Source of the DNA: Candidatus Magasanikiibacteriota bacterium
Lineage (GTDB): Bacteria; Patescibacteriota; Patescibacteriia; Magasanikbacterales; GWA2-37-8
DNA length: 64,000 bases
Direction: 5' to 3'
Assembly (NCBI GenBank): GCA_041666745.1
Contig: JBAYGI010000002.1
Location: 36,291 to 100,290, forward strand
Shown here piece by piece: positions 27,434-36,828 of the stretch; position 1 is the first letter of the stretch, and each line of letters opens with the position of its first letter. Position numbers and translations under genes: made by a program. Under the pieces are notes generated by a model. The model saw only the letters and a program-made list of their open reading frames with translations, searched no databases and was not told the origin of the DNA.

Positions 27434-27463
27434 TTGACCAAATGCTTCGGGGGGGGGTAGAAT
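27434..27463 (+). promoter_or_regulatory. Sigma70-like promoter TTGACC-N18-TAGAAT whose spacer contains a G9 homopolymer tract (27449-27457)
   Basis: Hexamers read directly; ~40 nt upstream of ATG 27503; poly-G is exceptional in this AT-rich genome. Confidence 0.5.
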
Positions 27464-27502
27464 AGATGTGTTAAATATTTTTTTATTTTTTAATTAAATT
27501 AT

Positions 27503-28483
27503 ATGGTAGAAGGGTACAAACACAAACCATCATCAGTAGGAGATAAATTAAGAGGAGTTGCTGGTAGAATAGCGATGTTAGGAGGCGCGGCAGGTTTGCT
27601 TGGTGGCGTTGAACAGGTTGGTGAACACAGAGGAAAAGAGACTGCTCAAGAAAAAATTATGACAGGAAAAAATAAAAAAGAGGATAATACAAAAAATTTG
27701 GAGCAAGAAGTGGAAAATCGTCAGATGCATGTGATCAAAGAGATAGATCAATGTATACATGAATTAGAAAAAATCCCAAAAAATTTAAGTGTATCAGAAT
27801 TGTCTGATGTGACATTAAAAATGGAAAACATTCTTGATAATTATATTCAGTGGGCTTTTGATGATACTGGAGAACAAACAGATAATACAATTTTGATTTT
27901 AGGGAAAATACGCGAATTTGCTACAAAAATTGCCGAAGGACATGTTGATGAAGAAGATGAAAAAAACCAATTTAGAGCATTTATCACAGGAGATGGTGTG
28001 CTGGCCTACGAGGCAAAAAAAAGTCCGGATTTTAACATAATGGTTAATGAAGTAATAGCCAAAAAACGACTTGAGTTGATGGAATTTAAAAGATTATTTC
28101 TTACAGCTTTTAATAATAGGGATTTTCAAAGAGCAACAATTTACAGTCGTGATATTATATTCCTTGCGGAACAAATTTCGGGTTTGACTGCTAGTATGTA
28201 CTATGAAAAAGCAGACAGAGCAAAGTTTGGTAGTTATTATAGAAAAAGTGGAGAATTAGGTTTGGGAAGGGGTTTGGATTTGCATAGAGTCAGAGAACAT
28301 GTTAGTGAAATATCACAAGGTTCTCCAGAAGATTTTACTCGACCAGAATTTCTTACACCCCATGAAATAGATACTTTTATTGATATGCCAAAGTCAGGTT
28401 CGTCAAGAAAAACAGAAGAAGAAATCAGAATGCAAAAACAAGCCGATGAAAATAGTCGTGGCACGAGTCCGGCATTTGATTAA
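27503..28483 (+). CDS. Hypothetical protein (326 aa, no recognised domain), downstream of G9-tract promoter
   Basis: ATG ORF with host-like codon usage; acidic/Lys-rich; bracketed by promoter and strong terminator. Confidence 0.5.
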   Translation: MVEGYKHKPSSVGDKLRGVAGRIAMLGGAAGLLGGVEQVGEHRGKETAQEKIMTGKNKKEDNTKNLEQEVENRQMHVIKEIDQCIHELEKIPKNLSVSELSDVTLKMENILDNYIQWAFDDTGEQTDNTILILGKIREFATKIAEGHVDEEDEKNQFRAFITGDGVLAYEAKKSPDFNIMVNEVIAKKRLELMEFKRLFLTAFNNRDFQRATIYSRDIIFLAEQISGLTASMYYEKADRAKFGSYYRKSGELGLGRGLDLHRVREHVSEISQGSPEDFTRPEFLTPHEIDTFIDMPKSGSSRKTEEEIRMQKQADENSRGTSPAFD

Positions 28484-28488
28484 AAAAT

Positions 28489-28521
28489 AAAGCCGGCTTA
28501 CAAATAGCCGGCTTTATTTTT
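28489..28521. terminator. Bidirectional Rho-independent terminator (AAAGCCGGCT-tacaaat-AGCCGGCTTT flanked by A-run and T-run)
   Basis: Perfect 10-bp stem between convergent genes. Confidence 0.65.
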
Positions 28522-28538
28522 CATATTTTATAGAGGTT

Positions 28539-29891
28539 TTAAAGTACTAAATCTACACCTGCACTCCCGTCATAATTTTCAGGGTGAAATCGTTTATCAT
28601 TTTCTAAAACTAATTCTGTATCTTCCTCATTCCACAACCATCCAGTCGCGGTTAAAATCCAGTCTGGTTGAGCTGTATCTTCCATTAGTAGACTGGCATA
28701 TTCTCCGCGTTGTAAAACGGTATGCTTATCAAATGTTATTCCATACTGATCAATGATCGTCTGTAATTCTTCAAGTATTTTTTTATCGTCCCCATCCAAA
28801 TTAGTAGTATTGGTTTGAAATTTTATTTTTTGTTCAATGTATCGTTTTAATAAAAAATCGGCAACAGTCAAACTTCCTGTCTTGATCTCCTGCAAAAAGT
28901 CAAAAAAAAATTTCTTAGTTAACAAAAAGCTTTTTAATAGCTCTAATTTTTGTGTATCGTTTGCTGTCGTTTTTAGAAGATTAACAATTTTTTGACGGCC
29001 ATCAAATTTACTGTTTTCAGTTTCTGTTTCCGTTTCAGATTGTTGACCAATCATGTAATTTTTTGCTATCCTGATTTCATCTGCATCCAAATCATTCTTT
29101 GAAAGGATTTGATTTAGAAAATGTTCTCTTTTTTTATTAATAATTTCTCCTATAACCCCTGCCCTTTTAAGACGCATCGCCGGCTGATTATGTGAAGGAT
29201 CGGTTTTTTTGATAACATCTTTCACTAATTGGTAATCAGCTGGGGCCAATTCTTTTTTTGGGTCTTCGCTGGATAAATAAACGCGAGCGATTTCTGCCCA
29301 GTATTCAGTGGCTCTTCTAAGTTTCACATTCACATGGGAGTAAGATTCTTTAAAAATTTTATCCCAATCCACGTGTTCAACACGCTCAACATCATTGGAT
29401 ATATATCTATCTGGTGCTTGGCTACGCTCTATTACAGTTTTTTTAAAATTTTCTTTTTCTTCTGTGGTCATGCCGTTATTTGCTTCCCAATCATTGGCAT
29501 GTGCAATTTCATGTAAGAGAATGTTATCCCACAAATCATAATCGTTGTGATAGTGTGAATTTGATAAAATATAAATTTTACGTATATCTGGTGTGCTTAA
29601 ATTCGTTATATCGCGTATATGGATAGCTCTGGCACCTTGAGTAGATTGAGATAATGTTCCATAAGAACCTTCAAATCGTAATACAAAAATTTCTCCCAAC
29701 CAACCTTTTGGCACAGTACTTAAAATAGATGTTACCTGATCCTCTGTGACAGCAGCGTCAAATTTTTTTAAACCTCTCAAACAAATTTCTGGTCCTTCAA
29801 TTTCTGGTTTTACAATGTCAGGGGTTTCTAAAGGTTGTGTTGGTTTAGAAATGTGACTGTCAATATTTTGTGGTCTGCTTGTCTCGGGCAT
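28539..29891 (-). CDS. Hypothetical zincin-like protein with HExxH motif (NILLHEIAHANDWE), co-transcribed with lemA
   Basis: 450 aa, no signal peptide; HEIAH motif; start 4 nt after lemA stop. Confidence 0.5.
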   Translation of the reverse strand: MPETSRPQNIDSHISKPTQPLETPDIVKPEIEGPEICLRGLKKFDAAVTEDQVTSILSTVPKGWLGEIFVLRFEGSYGTLSQSTQGARAIHIRDITNLSTPDIRKIYILSNSHYHNDYDLWDNILLHEIAHANDWEANNGMTTEEKENFKKTVIERSQAPDRYISNDVERVEHVDWDKIFKESYSHVNVKLRRATEYWAEIARVYLSSEDPKKELAPADYQLVKDVIKKTDPSHNQPAMRLKRAGVIGEIINKKREHFLNQILSKNDLDADEIRIAKNYMIGQQSETETETENSKFDGRQKIVNLLKTTANDTQKLELLKSFLLTKKFFFDFLQEIKTGSLTVADFLLKRYIEQKIKFQTNTTNLDGDDKKILEELQTIIDQYGITFDKHTVLQRGEYASLLMEDTAQPDWILTATGWLWNEEDTELVLENDKRFHPENYDGSAGVDLVL

Positions 29892-29895
29892 ATTG

Positions 29896-30462
29896 TTAAA
29901 ACTTCACCTGCACGTTCTGTCTCTCACCCTCGGCTGCTTGGAAAAATTCGTATTTAGCAAATTTCAAAAAGCCGGCAAACATATTGGTCGGGAATGTCTG
30001 AATACTGGTATTGAAGTCGCGCACATTGCCATTGTAAAATCTGCGACTGGCTTGTATTTTATTTTCCGTATCCGAAATTTCATCTTGCAATTGCAAAAAG
30101 TTTTGGCTGGCTTTTAATTCCGGATAATTTTCTGTAACCGCAAACAAACTTTTTAAAGTAGAGGACAGAGCGTTTTCCGCTTGTTCGCGTTGTGCCAATG
30201 TCGCGCCGGAATTGTCGTGTACCGCCATCGCCGAGGTGCGTGCTTCGGTCAATTTTACCAATGTCTCGCGTTCGTGGGTCATATATCCCTTCACGGTTTC
30301 CACCAAGTTTGGGATAAGGTCGTATCGGCGTTTGAGCTGGACATCAATATCAGAAAAGGCCTCGTCCACGCGGTTTTTCCCGCGCACCAGACCATTAAAA
30401 ACGGCAATTATCCAGATTAGCACTATTGCCAGAACCGCTAAAATAATATAAAGTATAGGCAT
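29896..30462 (-). CDS. lemA: LemA family membrane protein
   Basis: N-terminal TM then ...FNGLVRGKNRVDEAFSDIDVQLKRRYDLIPNLVETVKGY... LemA signature. Confidence 0.8.
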   Translation of the reverse strand: MPILYIILAVLAIVLIWIIAVFNGLVRGKNRVDEAFSDIDVQLKRRYDLIPNLVETVKGYMTHERETLVKLTEARTSAMAVHDNSGATLAQREQAENALSSTLKSLFAVTENYPELKASQNFLQLQDEISDTENKIQASRRFYNGNVRDFNTSIQTFPTNMFAGFLKFAKYEFFQAAEGERQNVQVKF

Positions 30463-30480
30463 AAATAAAATGTTTATTAA

Positions 30481-30509
30481 CTGGATTCCCGCGTTCGCGG
30501 GAATGACAG
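30481..30509. repeat. Intergenic copy (reverse orientation) of palindromic element CTGGATTCCCGCGTTCGCGGGAATGACAG in divergent lemA/rseP promoter region
   Basis: Reverse complement matches 22244-22270 at 27/28 positions; GC-rich tail continues to ~30540. Confidence 0.55.
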
Positions 30510-30577
30510 TGTGGTTGGGCCGGTGGACGGCTCCGTTTAGTTATTGTATCTAATTTTTTAATATAAATCAAGCCATT

Positions 30578-31879
30578 ATGGCCTCACTCATCTTTTTCAT
30601 CATCGTATTGGCAATTTTAGTCTTGTCTCACGAGTTCGGTCATTTTATCGCCGCCAAAAAAACAGGCATGACCGTGCACGAATTTGGCTTTGGTTTTCCT
30701 CCGAGATTTTTTGGTATTCAATTTTTGAAGGTGAAAGAAATAAAAAAAGTGGCTGAAGTTGAAACAGTGGATGTAAAAGATGAAATGGTGCCGACCGCGG
30801 ATGGCGGGGAAATTTTGAAAGAAACTATTACCGATACAATTCAAGAAATAGATGTAGTGGAAGAAAAAAGAAAATGGCGTTTTGTGTGGGGCAATCGTGA
30901 ATTAAATGAGACCGATGAAAATTATGGCACAGTGTATTCGCTCAATTGGATCCCAATGGGTGGGTTTGTAAAAATTAAAGGTGAAAACGGTGAAGAAGAA
31001 AATGATCCGCACAGTTTTGCCGCCAAAAAGAATTGGCAAAAAGCGGTAGTGTTGTTTGCAGGCGTGGTGATGAATGTACTTTTGGCCGCCGTGCTTTTGA
31101 GTTTGGGATATATGATCGGACTGCCACAATCTTTAGATAAAATGGCGGATGTTTCCAATATAAAAGATAGACGAATAGAAATTTTGGGAGTATTGTCCGG
31201 CAAACCGGCAGAAAAAAATGGAGTGTTGGCGGGTGACGCGGTGGTGCAAGTGGGAGAAATGCAAAATCCGCGTCTGACGCAAATGCAGGAATATATTAAT
31301 GCTAATAAAGATAAAGAAATAGTCTTTAAATTTTTACGCGACGGACAAACAATAGAGAAAAAAATTACACCGTTATATAGCGAGGAAACAAAAAAAGCCG
31401 GCATCGGAATTTCCATCGCCGAACTCGGCACGGTAAAATATTCTTTTTTCCGTTCTATTTTTGAAGGAATAAAAGCGACCGGAATATATTTGAAAGAAAT
31501 TGTTTTGGCGTTTTATTATTTAATCGCCGGTTTGTTTGCCGGAAATGGCGCGGGAGATGCAGTATCAGGCCCAGTGGGAATCGCTGTGATGACCGGCCGA
31601 GTGGCGCGCCTTGGTATAATTTATCTCATCCAATTTACCGCAATGTTATCGTTGAATTTGGCGGTGTTTAATGTTTTGCCAATCCCTGCACTTGATGGTG
31701 GTCGTCTGCTGTTTCTCGCCATCGCCGCTATTCGCAGAAAACCGGTTTCGCAAAAATTAGAAAATATTTTCCACACGGTTGGTTTTGCTTTGTTGATGTT
31801 GTTGGTAGTAGTAGTCACTGTCCGCGACCTTTCAAATTTCAAAGTTCTGATAATTAATTTTTTTAAAAGATTGATGTAA
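30578..31879 (+). CDS. rseP: RIP metalloprotease RseP (site-2 protease, peptidase M50) with PDZ domain
   Basis: HEFGHF in TM1, PDZ segment, C-terminal LDGG motif region; 433 aa. Confidence 0.85.
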   Translation: MASLIFFIIVLAILVLSHEFGHFIAAKKTGMTVHEFGFGFPPRFFGIQFLKVKEIKKVAEVETVDVKDEMVPTADGGEILKETITDTIQEIDVVEEKRKWRFVWGNRELNETDENYGTVYSLNWIPMGGFVKIKGENGEEENDPHSFAAKKNWQKAVVLFAGVVMNVLLAAVLLSLGYMIGLPQSLDKMADVSNIKDRRIEILGVLSGKPAEKNGVLAGDAVVQVGEMQNPRLTQMQEYINANKDKEIVFKFLRDGQTIEKKITPLYSEETKKAGIGISIAELGTVKYSFFRSIFEGIKATGIYLKEIVLAFYYLIAGLFAGNGAGDAVSGPVGIAVMTGRVARLGIIYLIQFTAMLSLNLAVFNVLPIPALDGGRLLFLAIAAIRRKPVSQKLENIFHTVGFALLMLLVVVVTVRDLSNFKVLIINFFKRLM

Positions 31880-31880
31880 T

Positions 31881-32696
31881 ATGTCACGCAAAGGTGAGCC
31901 ATTTTTAACACCGGAAGATTTGAAAATTAGGGCAAAAGTATGGAAAGAGGATATTGGCGCAGAAGAAAAAGCAACCGCAGATTTATCTGCTGTTGTAGAT
32001 AATGTTACCAACACCATGACCTTGTCTAATATTTCTGCTTTACAAAATAAAACTGGTGAAAAGGCAGGCTCACGATTTTCTCCCTATGGTTATCAAGCGC
32101 GCCGTGTTGAAGGTGGTAGTGTTAGTGGGCTTAGAAGTATAGAATCCAGTCACCAAGAGTCATTTATTAAAAGAGTGGCAGAATTATTAGAAACGAAGAA
32201 AAAAGTTAAAATTTTAGATATTGGCGGTGGCGCTGGTTTATATGCGCAACAATTGCGTGATACTTTTGGCGATAAAGTGGATGTATTTACCACAGGAATA
32301 CGAAAAAGAAATGCTAAATTAGTGCGTCAAGAAGTTGGACAAAAATTGCATAAACAAGATTTAAAATGGCGTTCGGTTTTACAACTTTCAGATTATCCGG
32401 AATTTGATTTAATCATAGACACTTTCGGCGAATCAATGTATGGCATGAGGAATGTTAATGAAAACGGCGAATATGATACGGGTTTAAGGATTAAAGACCA
32501 AGAAAAATATTTTTCTGCTGTTGCTAAAAAATTATTGCCGGGCGGGTATGCCAGTTTGTTTGGAACTATTGACGCCATGGATTATGATCCGACATTTATG
32601 AAAATGATACATCGAGTAGAAAATGAATGTGGTGTAACAGCCAAGGTATATAATTCCGGTATGGTAAAAATTTCAAAACCATTAGAAAATAAATAA
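31881..32696 (+). CDS. Putative class I SAM-dependent methyltransferase-like protein
   Basis: Motif I-like ILDIGGGAGLYA; otherwise unassigned. Confidence 0.45.
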   Translation: MSRKGEPFLTPEDLKIRAKVWKEDIGAEEKATADLSAVVDNVTNTMTLSNISALQNKTGEKAGSRFSPYGYQARRVEGGSVSGLRSIESSHQESFIKRVAELLETKKKVKILDIGGGAGLYAQQLRDTFGDKVDVFTTGIRKRNAKLVRQEVGQKLHKQDLKWRSVLQLSDYPEFDLIIDTFGESMYGMRNVNENGEYDTGLRIKDQEKYFSAVAKKLLPGGYASLFGTIDAMDYDPTFMKMIHRVENECGVTAKVYNSGMVKISKPLENK

Positions 32697-32705
32697 AAAT
32701 GTAAT

Positions 32706-33752
32706 ATGCAATCCAAACTTGAACAACTCAAAAGCGAGGCCTTGCTCGCGATAAAATCCGCCAAAGATAAAATGCAGTTGGAGGATTTGGAAAATAAAAT
32801 ATTGGGACGCAAAAGCGGGGAGCTCACCAATTTGCTAAAAGGCCTAAAAGATTTGGCCGATGACGCGCGCAAAGTGGTGGGGCAGGTGGCCAATGAGGTG
32901 AAAAAAGAAATTGAAACCGCGATGCAAGATAAGAAAAAAGAATTACAAAGCGCCGATTGGGGCAGTGCTTTGCAAAAAGAAAAAGTAGATATCACCCAGC
33001 CGGCTTTACCGCCAACTGAGCGTGGATATTTTCATCCCAATACTATTATTCAAAAGGATTTGGAAGAACTTTTTACTTCCATGGGTTTTATGGTTTTGGA
33101 CGGTCCAGAATTGGAAAGCGAATATTACAATTTTACCGCGGTGAATATTCCGGCCAGCCATCCGGCGCGTGATATGCAGGATACTTTTTATATTAAAAAT
33201 CATGGACAAGAATCAGATTCACCCTGGGTCATGCGCACTCACACTTCTTCAATGCAAGTGCGAGCCGCGCAAAAATATGGCGCGCCTTTGCGAGCTATTG
33301 TGCCGGGGAAATGTTATCGCAACGAGGCAACCGACGCTCGTCATGAACACACATTTTATCAACTGGAAGGTTTTATAATAGACAAAGAAATAACCTTCGC
33401 TCATATGAAAGGTATATTTCAGGCCGTAGCCGATCATTTGTATGGCAAAGGCACCAAAATTCGTTTAATGCCAAAATATTATCCGTTCGTGGAGCCGGGA
33501 GTGCGCGGAGAAGTTACTTGTTTCTTGTGTAAAGGAAAGGGTTGTAGAGTTTGTAAAGATAGTGGTTGGTTGGAAGTAATGCCGGGCGGTATGATTCACC
33601 CCAATGTTTTGCGCGAAGGAAAAATTGATCCGGATGTTTACCAAGGTTTTGCTTTTGGTTTTGGTTTGTCGCGTTTGGTGATGTTGAAATATGGCATTGA
33701 AGATGTTCGTTTACTTGAAAGCGGTGATTTAAAATTTCTAAAACAGTTTTAA
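32706..33752 (+). CDS. pheS: Phenylalanine--tRNA ligase alpha subunit
   Basis: Class II aaRS motifs, ...RDMQDTFY..., 348 aa. Confidence 0.95.
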   Translation: MQSKLEQLKSEALLAIKSAKDKMQLEDLENKILGRKSGELTNLLKGLKDLADDARKVVGQVANEVKKEIETAMQDKKKELQSADWGSALQKEKVDITQPALPPTERGYFHPNTIIQKDLEELFTSMGFMVLDGPELESEYYNFTAVNIPASHPARDMQDTFYIKNHGQESDSPWVMRTHTSSMQVRAAQKYGAPLRAIVPGKCYRNEATDARHEHTFYQLEGFIIDKEITFAHMKGIFQAVADHLYGKGTKIRLMPKYYPFVEPGVRGEVTCFLCKGKGCRVCKDSGWLEVMPGGMIHPNVLREGKIDPDVYQGFAFGFGLSRLVMLKYGIEDVRLLESGDLKFLKQF

Positions 33753-33753
33753 T

Positions 33754-36201
33754 ATGTTAATCTCATACAATTGGCTAAAACAATATATCAACCTGCCGGA
33801 TTCTGTGTCTGCGCAAGAAGTGGGAGATAAATTGAAAAATGCGGTGGTGGAGGTGGAAAAGGTGGAAGCGCAGGGGGCGGATTTGGATAAAATTGTGGTT
33901 GGCAAAGTGACGAGTGTACAGAAACATCCCAATGCGGATAAATTAAATATTTGTACCGTGGAATTTGGTGAAAAATTTCCAGCGCAGGTGGTTTGTGGTG
34001 GAAGTAATGTAGTTGAGGGAATGTTGGTGGCGTTTGCTCCGCTTGGCGCCAAGGTGCGTTGGCATGGCGAGGGTGAATTGGTGGAATTGAAAAAAGCCAA
34101 GATTCGCGATATTGAATCTTATGGTATGATTTGCGCTTCTACTGAAATTGGTTTGGGTGCAATGTATCCGCTTAAAAGCGAAAAAGAAATTTTGGATTTA
34201 ACAGATAAAAATTTAAAAGTGGGTATGCCATTGGCCGAAGCGCTCGGACTTAATGACGCCATTTTTGAAATAGACAACAAATCCCTTTCCAACCGTCCCG
34301 ATCTATGGGGGCATTATGGTATCGCGCGCGAAGTGGCGGTGTTGTATAATCGCGATTTGAAAAATTATGAGACGAAGAAAATTGGCAGTGGAAAAGGTTT
34401 TAAATTGAAAGTGGAAGTGCAAGACAAAAAATCCTGCCCGCGGTATATGGCTGTGGCGGTGGAAAATGTGGTTATCGCGCCATCGCCGGCTTGGTTGCAA
34501 AATGCGTTGGTGGCGATTGGTCTGCGCCCGATAAACAACATCGTGGACATTACCAATTTTGTGATGATGGATTTGGGTCAGCCGATGCACGCCTTTGATG
34601 CCAAAAATATTGATGGAAAAATTATTGTGCGCAACGCGCAGAACAACGAAAAATTTATTACATTAGACGAACGTGAACATATTTTAAATGAAAATGATTT
34701 GGTAATCGCCGATGACCAAAAAGCGATCGCTTTGGCCGGTGTGATGGGTGGTTTGCAAAGTGGCGTAGAGGATAACACCAATACCGTTATTTTTGAATCC
34801 GCCAATTTTGATTCTTCCACTGTGCGTAAAACCTCGGTGCGTTTGGGTTTGCGAACAGATAGCGCTCAGCGATTTGAAAAATCTTTGGATCCAAATATGT
34901 GCGAGCAGGCGCTGTGTAAAGCGGTGGAATTAACTTTGCAATTATGTCCGGAGGCGAAAGTTGCCAGTCCGGTGTCCGATGTCAAAAGTTTTTCATTGCC
35001 GGTTGGCCCGATAGATGTGCCAAAAAATATTTTTGAGAAAAAATTGGGTGTGGTGATTCCGGAAAAAGATATTTTAAACACATTGACTCGGCTTGGTTTT
35101 GAAGTGAAAGCCAAAAAAGATATTTACAAAATTACCATTCCAACCTGGCGCGCTACCAGAGATGTCGGTATTGCCGAAGATATTGTGGAAGAAGTTTTGC
35201 GTTTTTATGGTTATGAAAATATTGTGTCCGCTTTACCGAGTATGCCGATCACTCCACCGGAGAAAAACCATCTACGCGCGTTGGAACATACGGTCGGTGA
35301 TGTGTTGGTAAAAAATTTGGCCTACACCGAAACATATAATTATTCTTTTGTCAGTGAACAGCAAATTTTGGCTTTGGGAGATGATTTGAAAAAATATATT
35401 GAGCTGGATAATCCGCTTTCCAAAGAGCGACCATATCTGCGTCGCAATTTATTGCCGAATTTGATGGAAAATGTAAAAAATAATATTGCCGATACGGCGG
35501 AAGTAAAAATATTTGAAATTGGAAAAGTTTTTTCTACCAATGAAAATGGTCTGCGCGCCAATGCCAATGGAGATGAACTTTTGCCGGGTCAAGATAGTTG
35601 GTTGGCCGGTGTGTATGTCGCCAAAAAAGTAGAAACACCATATTGGCAAGCCGTGTCGGTATTGGAAAATATTTTTGCGGAGTTGAAAACGCGCTATGAA
35701 ATACTACCACCGGATAAAGCGATGGCGTGGGAACATCCATCGCGTTTGGGTTTGGTATCGGTGAAAGGGAAAACCGTTGGTGTTGTTTGTGAAATCAATC
35801 CGTTGACAGCAAATAATTTGGGTATTGACCAGCGAGTCGGTGTGTTGCAATTGAATTTATCCGCGTTGTCAGATATTTTGGAAGTACAAAATTTTCAATC
35901 ACACTACAAACACACGTCAATATATCCAGAGGTAGTGCGCGATTTGGCGTTCTTGGTGAAAAAGGAAATCAGTCACAGAGAAATTAAAGAAGCATTGAAA
36001 AATATTGATCCATTGCTAAAAAAAGTGGAGCTGTTCGATGTTTATGAAGGGAAAAATATTGGTGAAGGATACAAAAGTATGGCCTACCACCTGACTTTGG
36101 GAAGTGATGATCGCACTTTGACCACTGCCGAGGTTGATACTGCATTCGTCAAAGCGCAAGAAAAGTTAAAAAAACAGTTTGATGTCGAGGTGAGGAAGTG
36201 A
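33754..36201 (+). CDS. pheT: Phenylalanine--tRNA ligase beta subunit
   Basis: MLISYNWLKQYINLP..., tRNA-binding, B3/4, B5, FDX-ACB domains; 815 aa. Confidence 0.95.
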   Translation: MLISYNWLKQYINLPDSVSAQEVGDKLKNAVVEVEKVEAQGADLDKIVVGKVTSVQKHPNADKLNICTVEFGEKFPAQVVCGGSNVVEGMLVAFAPLGAKVRWHGEGELVELKKAKIRDIESYGMICASTEIGLGAMYPLKSEKEILDLTDKNLKVGMPLAEALGLNDAIFEIDNKSLSNRPDLWGHYGIAREVAVLYNRDLKNYETKKIGSGKGFKLKVEVQDKKSCPRYMAVAVENVVIAPSPAWLQNALVAIGLRPINNIVDITNFVMMDLGQPMHAFDAKNIDGKIIVRNAQNNEKFITLDEREHILNENDLVIADDQKAIALAGVMGGLQSGVEDNTNTVIFESANFDSSTVRKTSVRLGLRTDSAQRFEKSLDPNMCEQALCKAVELTLQLCPEAKVASPVSDVKSFSLPVGPIDVPKNIFEKKLGVVIPEKDILNTLTRLGFEVKAKKDIYKITIPTWRATRDVGIAEDIVEEVLRFYGYENIVSALPSMPITPPEKNHLRALEHTVGDVLVKNLAYTETYNYSFVSEQQILALGDDLKKYIELDNPLSKERPYLRRNLLPNLMENVKNNIADTAEVKIFEIGKVFSTNENGLRANANGDELLPGQDSWLAGVYVAKKVETPYWQAVSVLENIFAELKTRYEILPPDKAMAWEHPSRLGLVSVKGKTVGVVCEINPLTANNLGIDQRVGVLQLNLSALSDILEVQNFQSHYKHTSIYPEVVRDLAFLVKKEISHREIKEALKNIDPLLKKVELFDVYEGKNIGEGYKSMAYHLTLGSDDRTLTTAEVDTAFVKAQEKLKKQFDVEVRK

Positions 36202-36211
36202 TTATACACAG

Positions 36212-36250
36212 AAACTCCGCAAAACAACTTGCGGAGTTTTTTTATTTTTC
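36212..36250 (+). terminator. Rho-independent terminator of pheT (AAACTCCGCAA-loop-TTGCGGAGTTT + T-run)
   Basis: 11-bp stem then TTTTTTATTTTT. Confidence 0.7.
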
Positions 36251-36257
36251 AAATTTG

Positions 36258-36266
36258 TGGTATAAT
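36258..36266 (+). promoter_or_regulatory. Extended -10 promoter element TGgTATAAT upstream of PAS gene
   Basis: TG-N-TATAAT 40 nt upstream of ATG 36307 with GGAGG RBS. Confidence 0.4.
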
Positions 36267-36306
36267 TTCTATAGTAAGAAACTCGTTTAATATAAAAATT
36301 TATCAT

Positions 36307-36828
36307 ATGGAGGAAATCAACTACCAAAAAGCGTTAAAAGATCTGGAAGCATCCGAAAAACGCTATCGTCGGTTGTTTGAAACAGCGCAAGACGGTGTTC
36401 TTATAATAGATTTTAATACGGGGATAATTTTAGATGTTAATCCATTTTTGGTTGATATGCTGGGCTATTCCAAAGATGATTTATTAAAAAAATATCTTTG
36501 GGATGTTGGCTTTTTGAGAGATGTGGTCGCTTCCAAGGAAAATTTTATGGCCTTGCAGACTGAAAAACTTGTTCGTTTTGAAGATTTACCATTGGAAACC
36601 AAAGACGGAAAAAGGAAAGACGTAGAATTTGTCGCCAATGCTTATCAGGTAAATGGAGATCATGTGATTCAATGCAATATCCGCGATATCACCGCTCGTA
36701 AAAAAGCCGAAAGCCAGTTGAAAGAAAAAATGGAGGAATTAGAAAAAATGAATCAAGCGATGATTGGCAGGGAATTGGAAATGGTAAAGTTGAAGGAAAA
36801 AATAAAGGAGTATGAAAATAAAAAGTAA
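36307..36828 (+). CDS. PAS domain-containing protein (stand-alone sensor)
   Basis: ...YRRLFETAQDGVLIIDFNTGIILDVNPFLVDMLGYSKDDLLKKYLWDV... PAS fold; C-terminal coiled coil. Confidence 0.7.
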   Translation: MEEINYQKALKDLEASEKRYRRLFETAQDGVLIIDFNTGIILDVNPFLVDMLGYSKDDLLKKYLWDVGFLRDVVASKENFMALQTEKLVRFEDLPLETKDGKRKDVEFVANAYQVNGDHVIQCNIRDITARKKAESQLKEKMEELEKMNQAMIGRELEMVKLKEKIKEYENKK

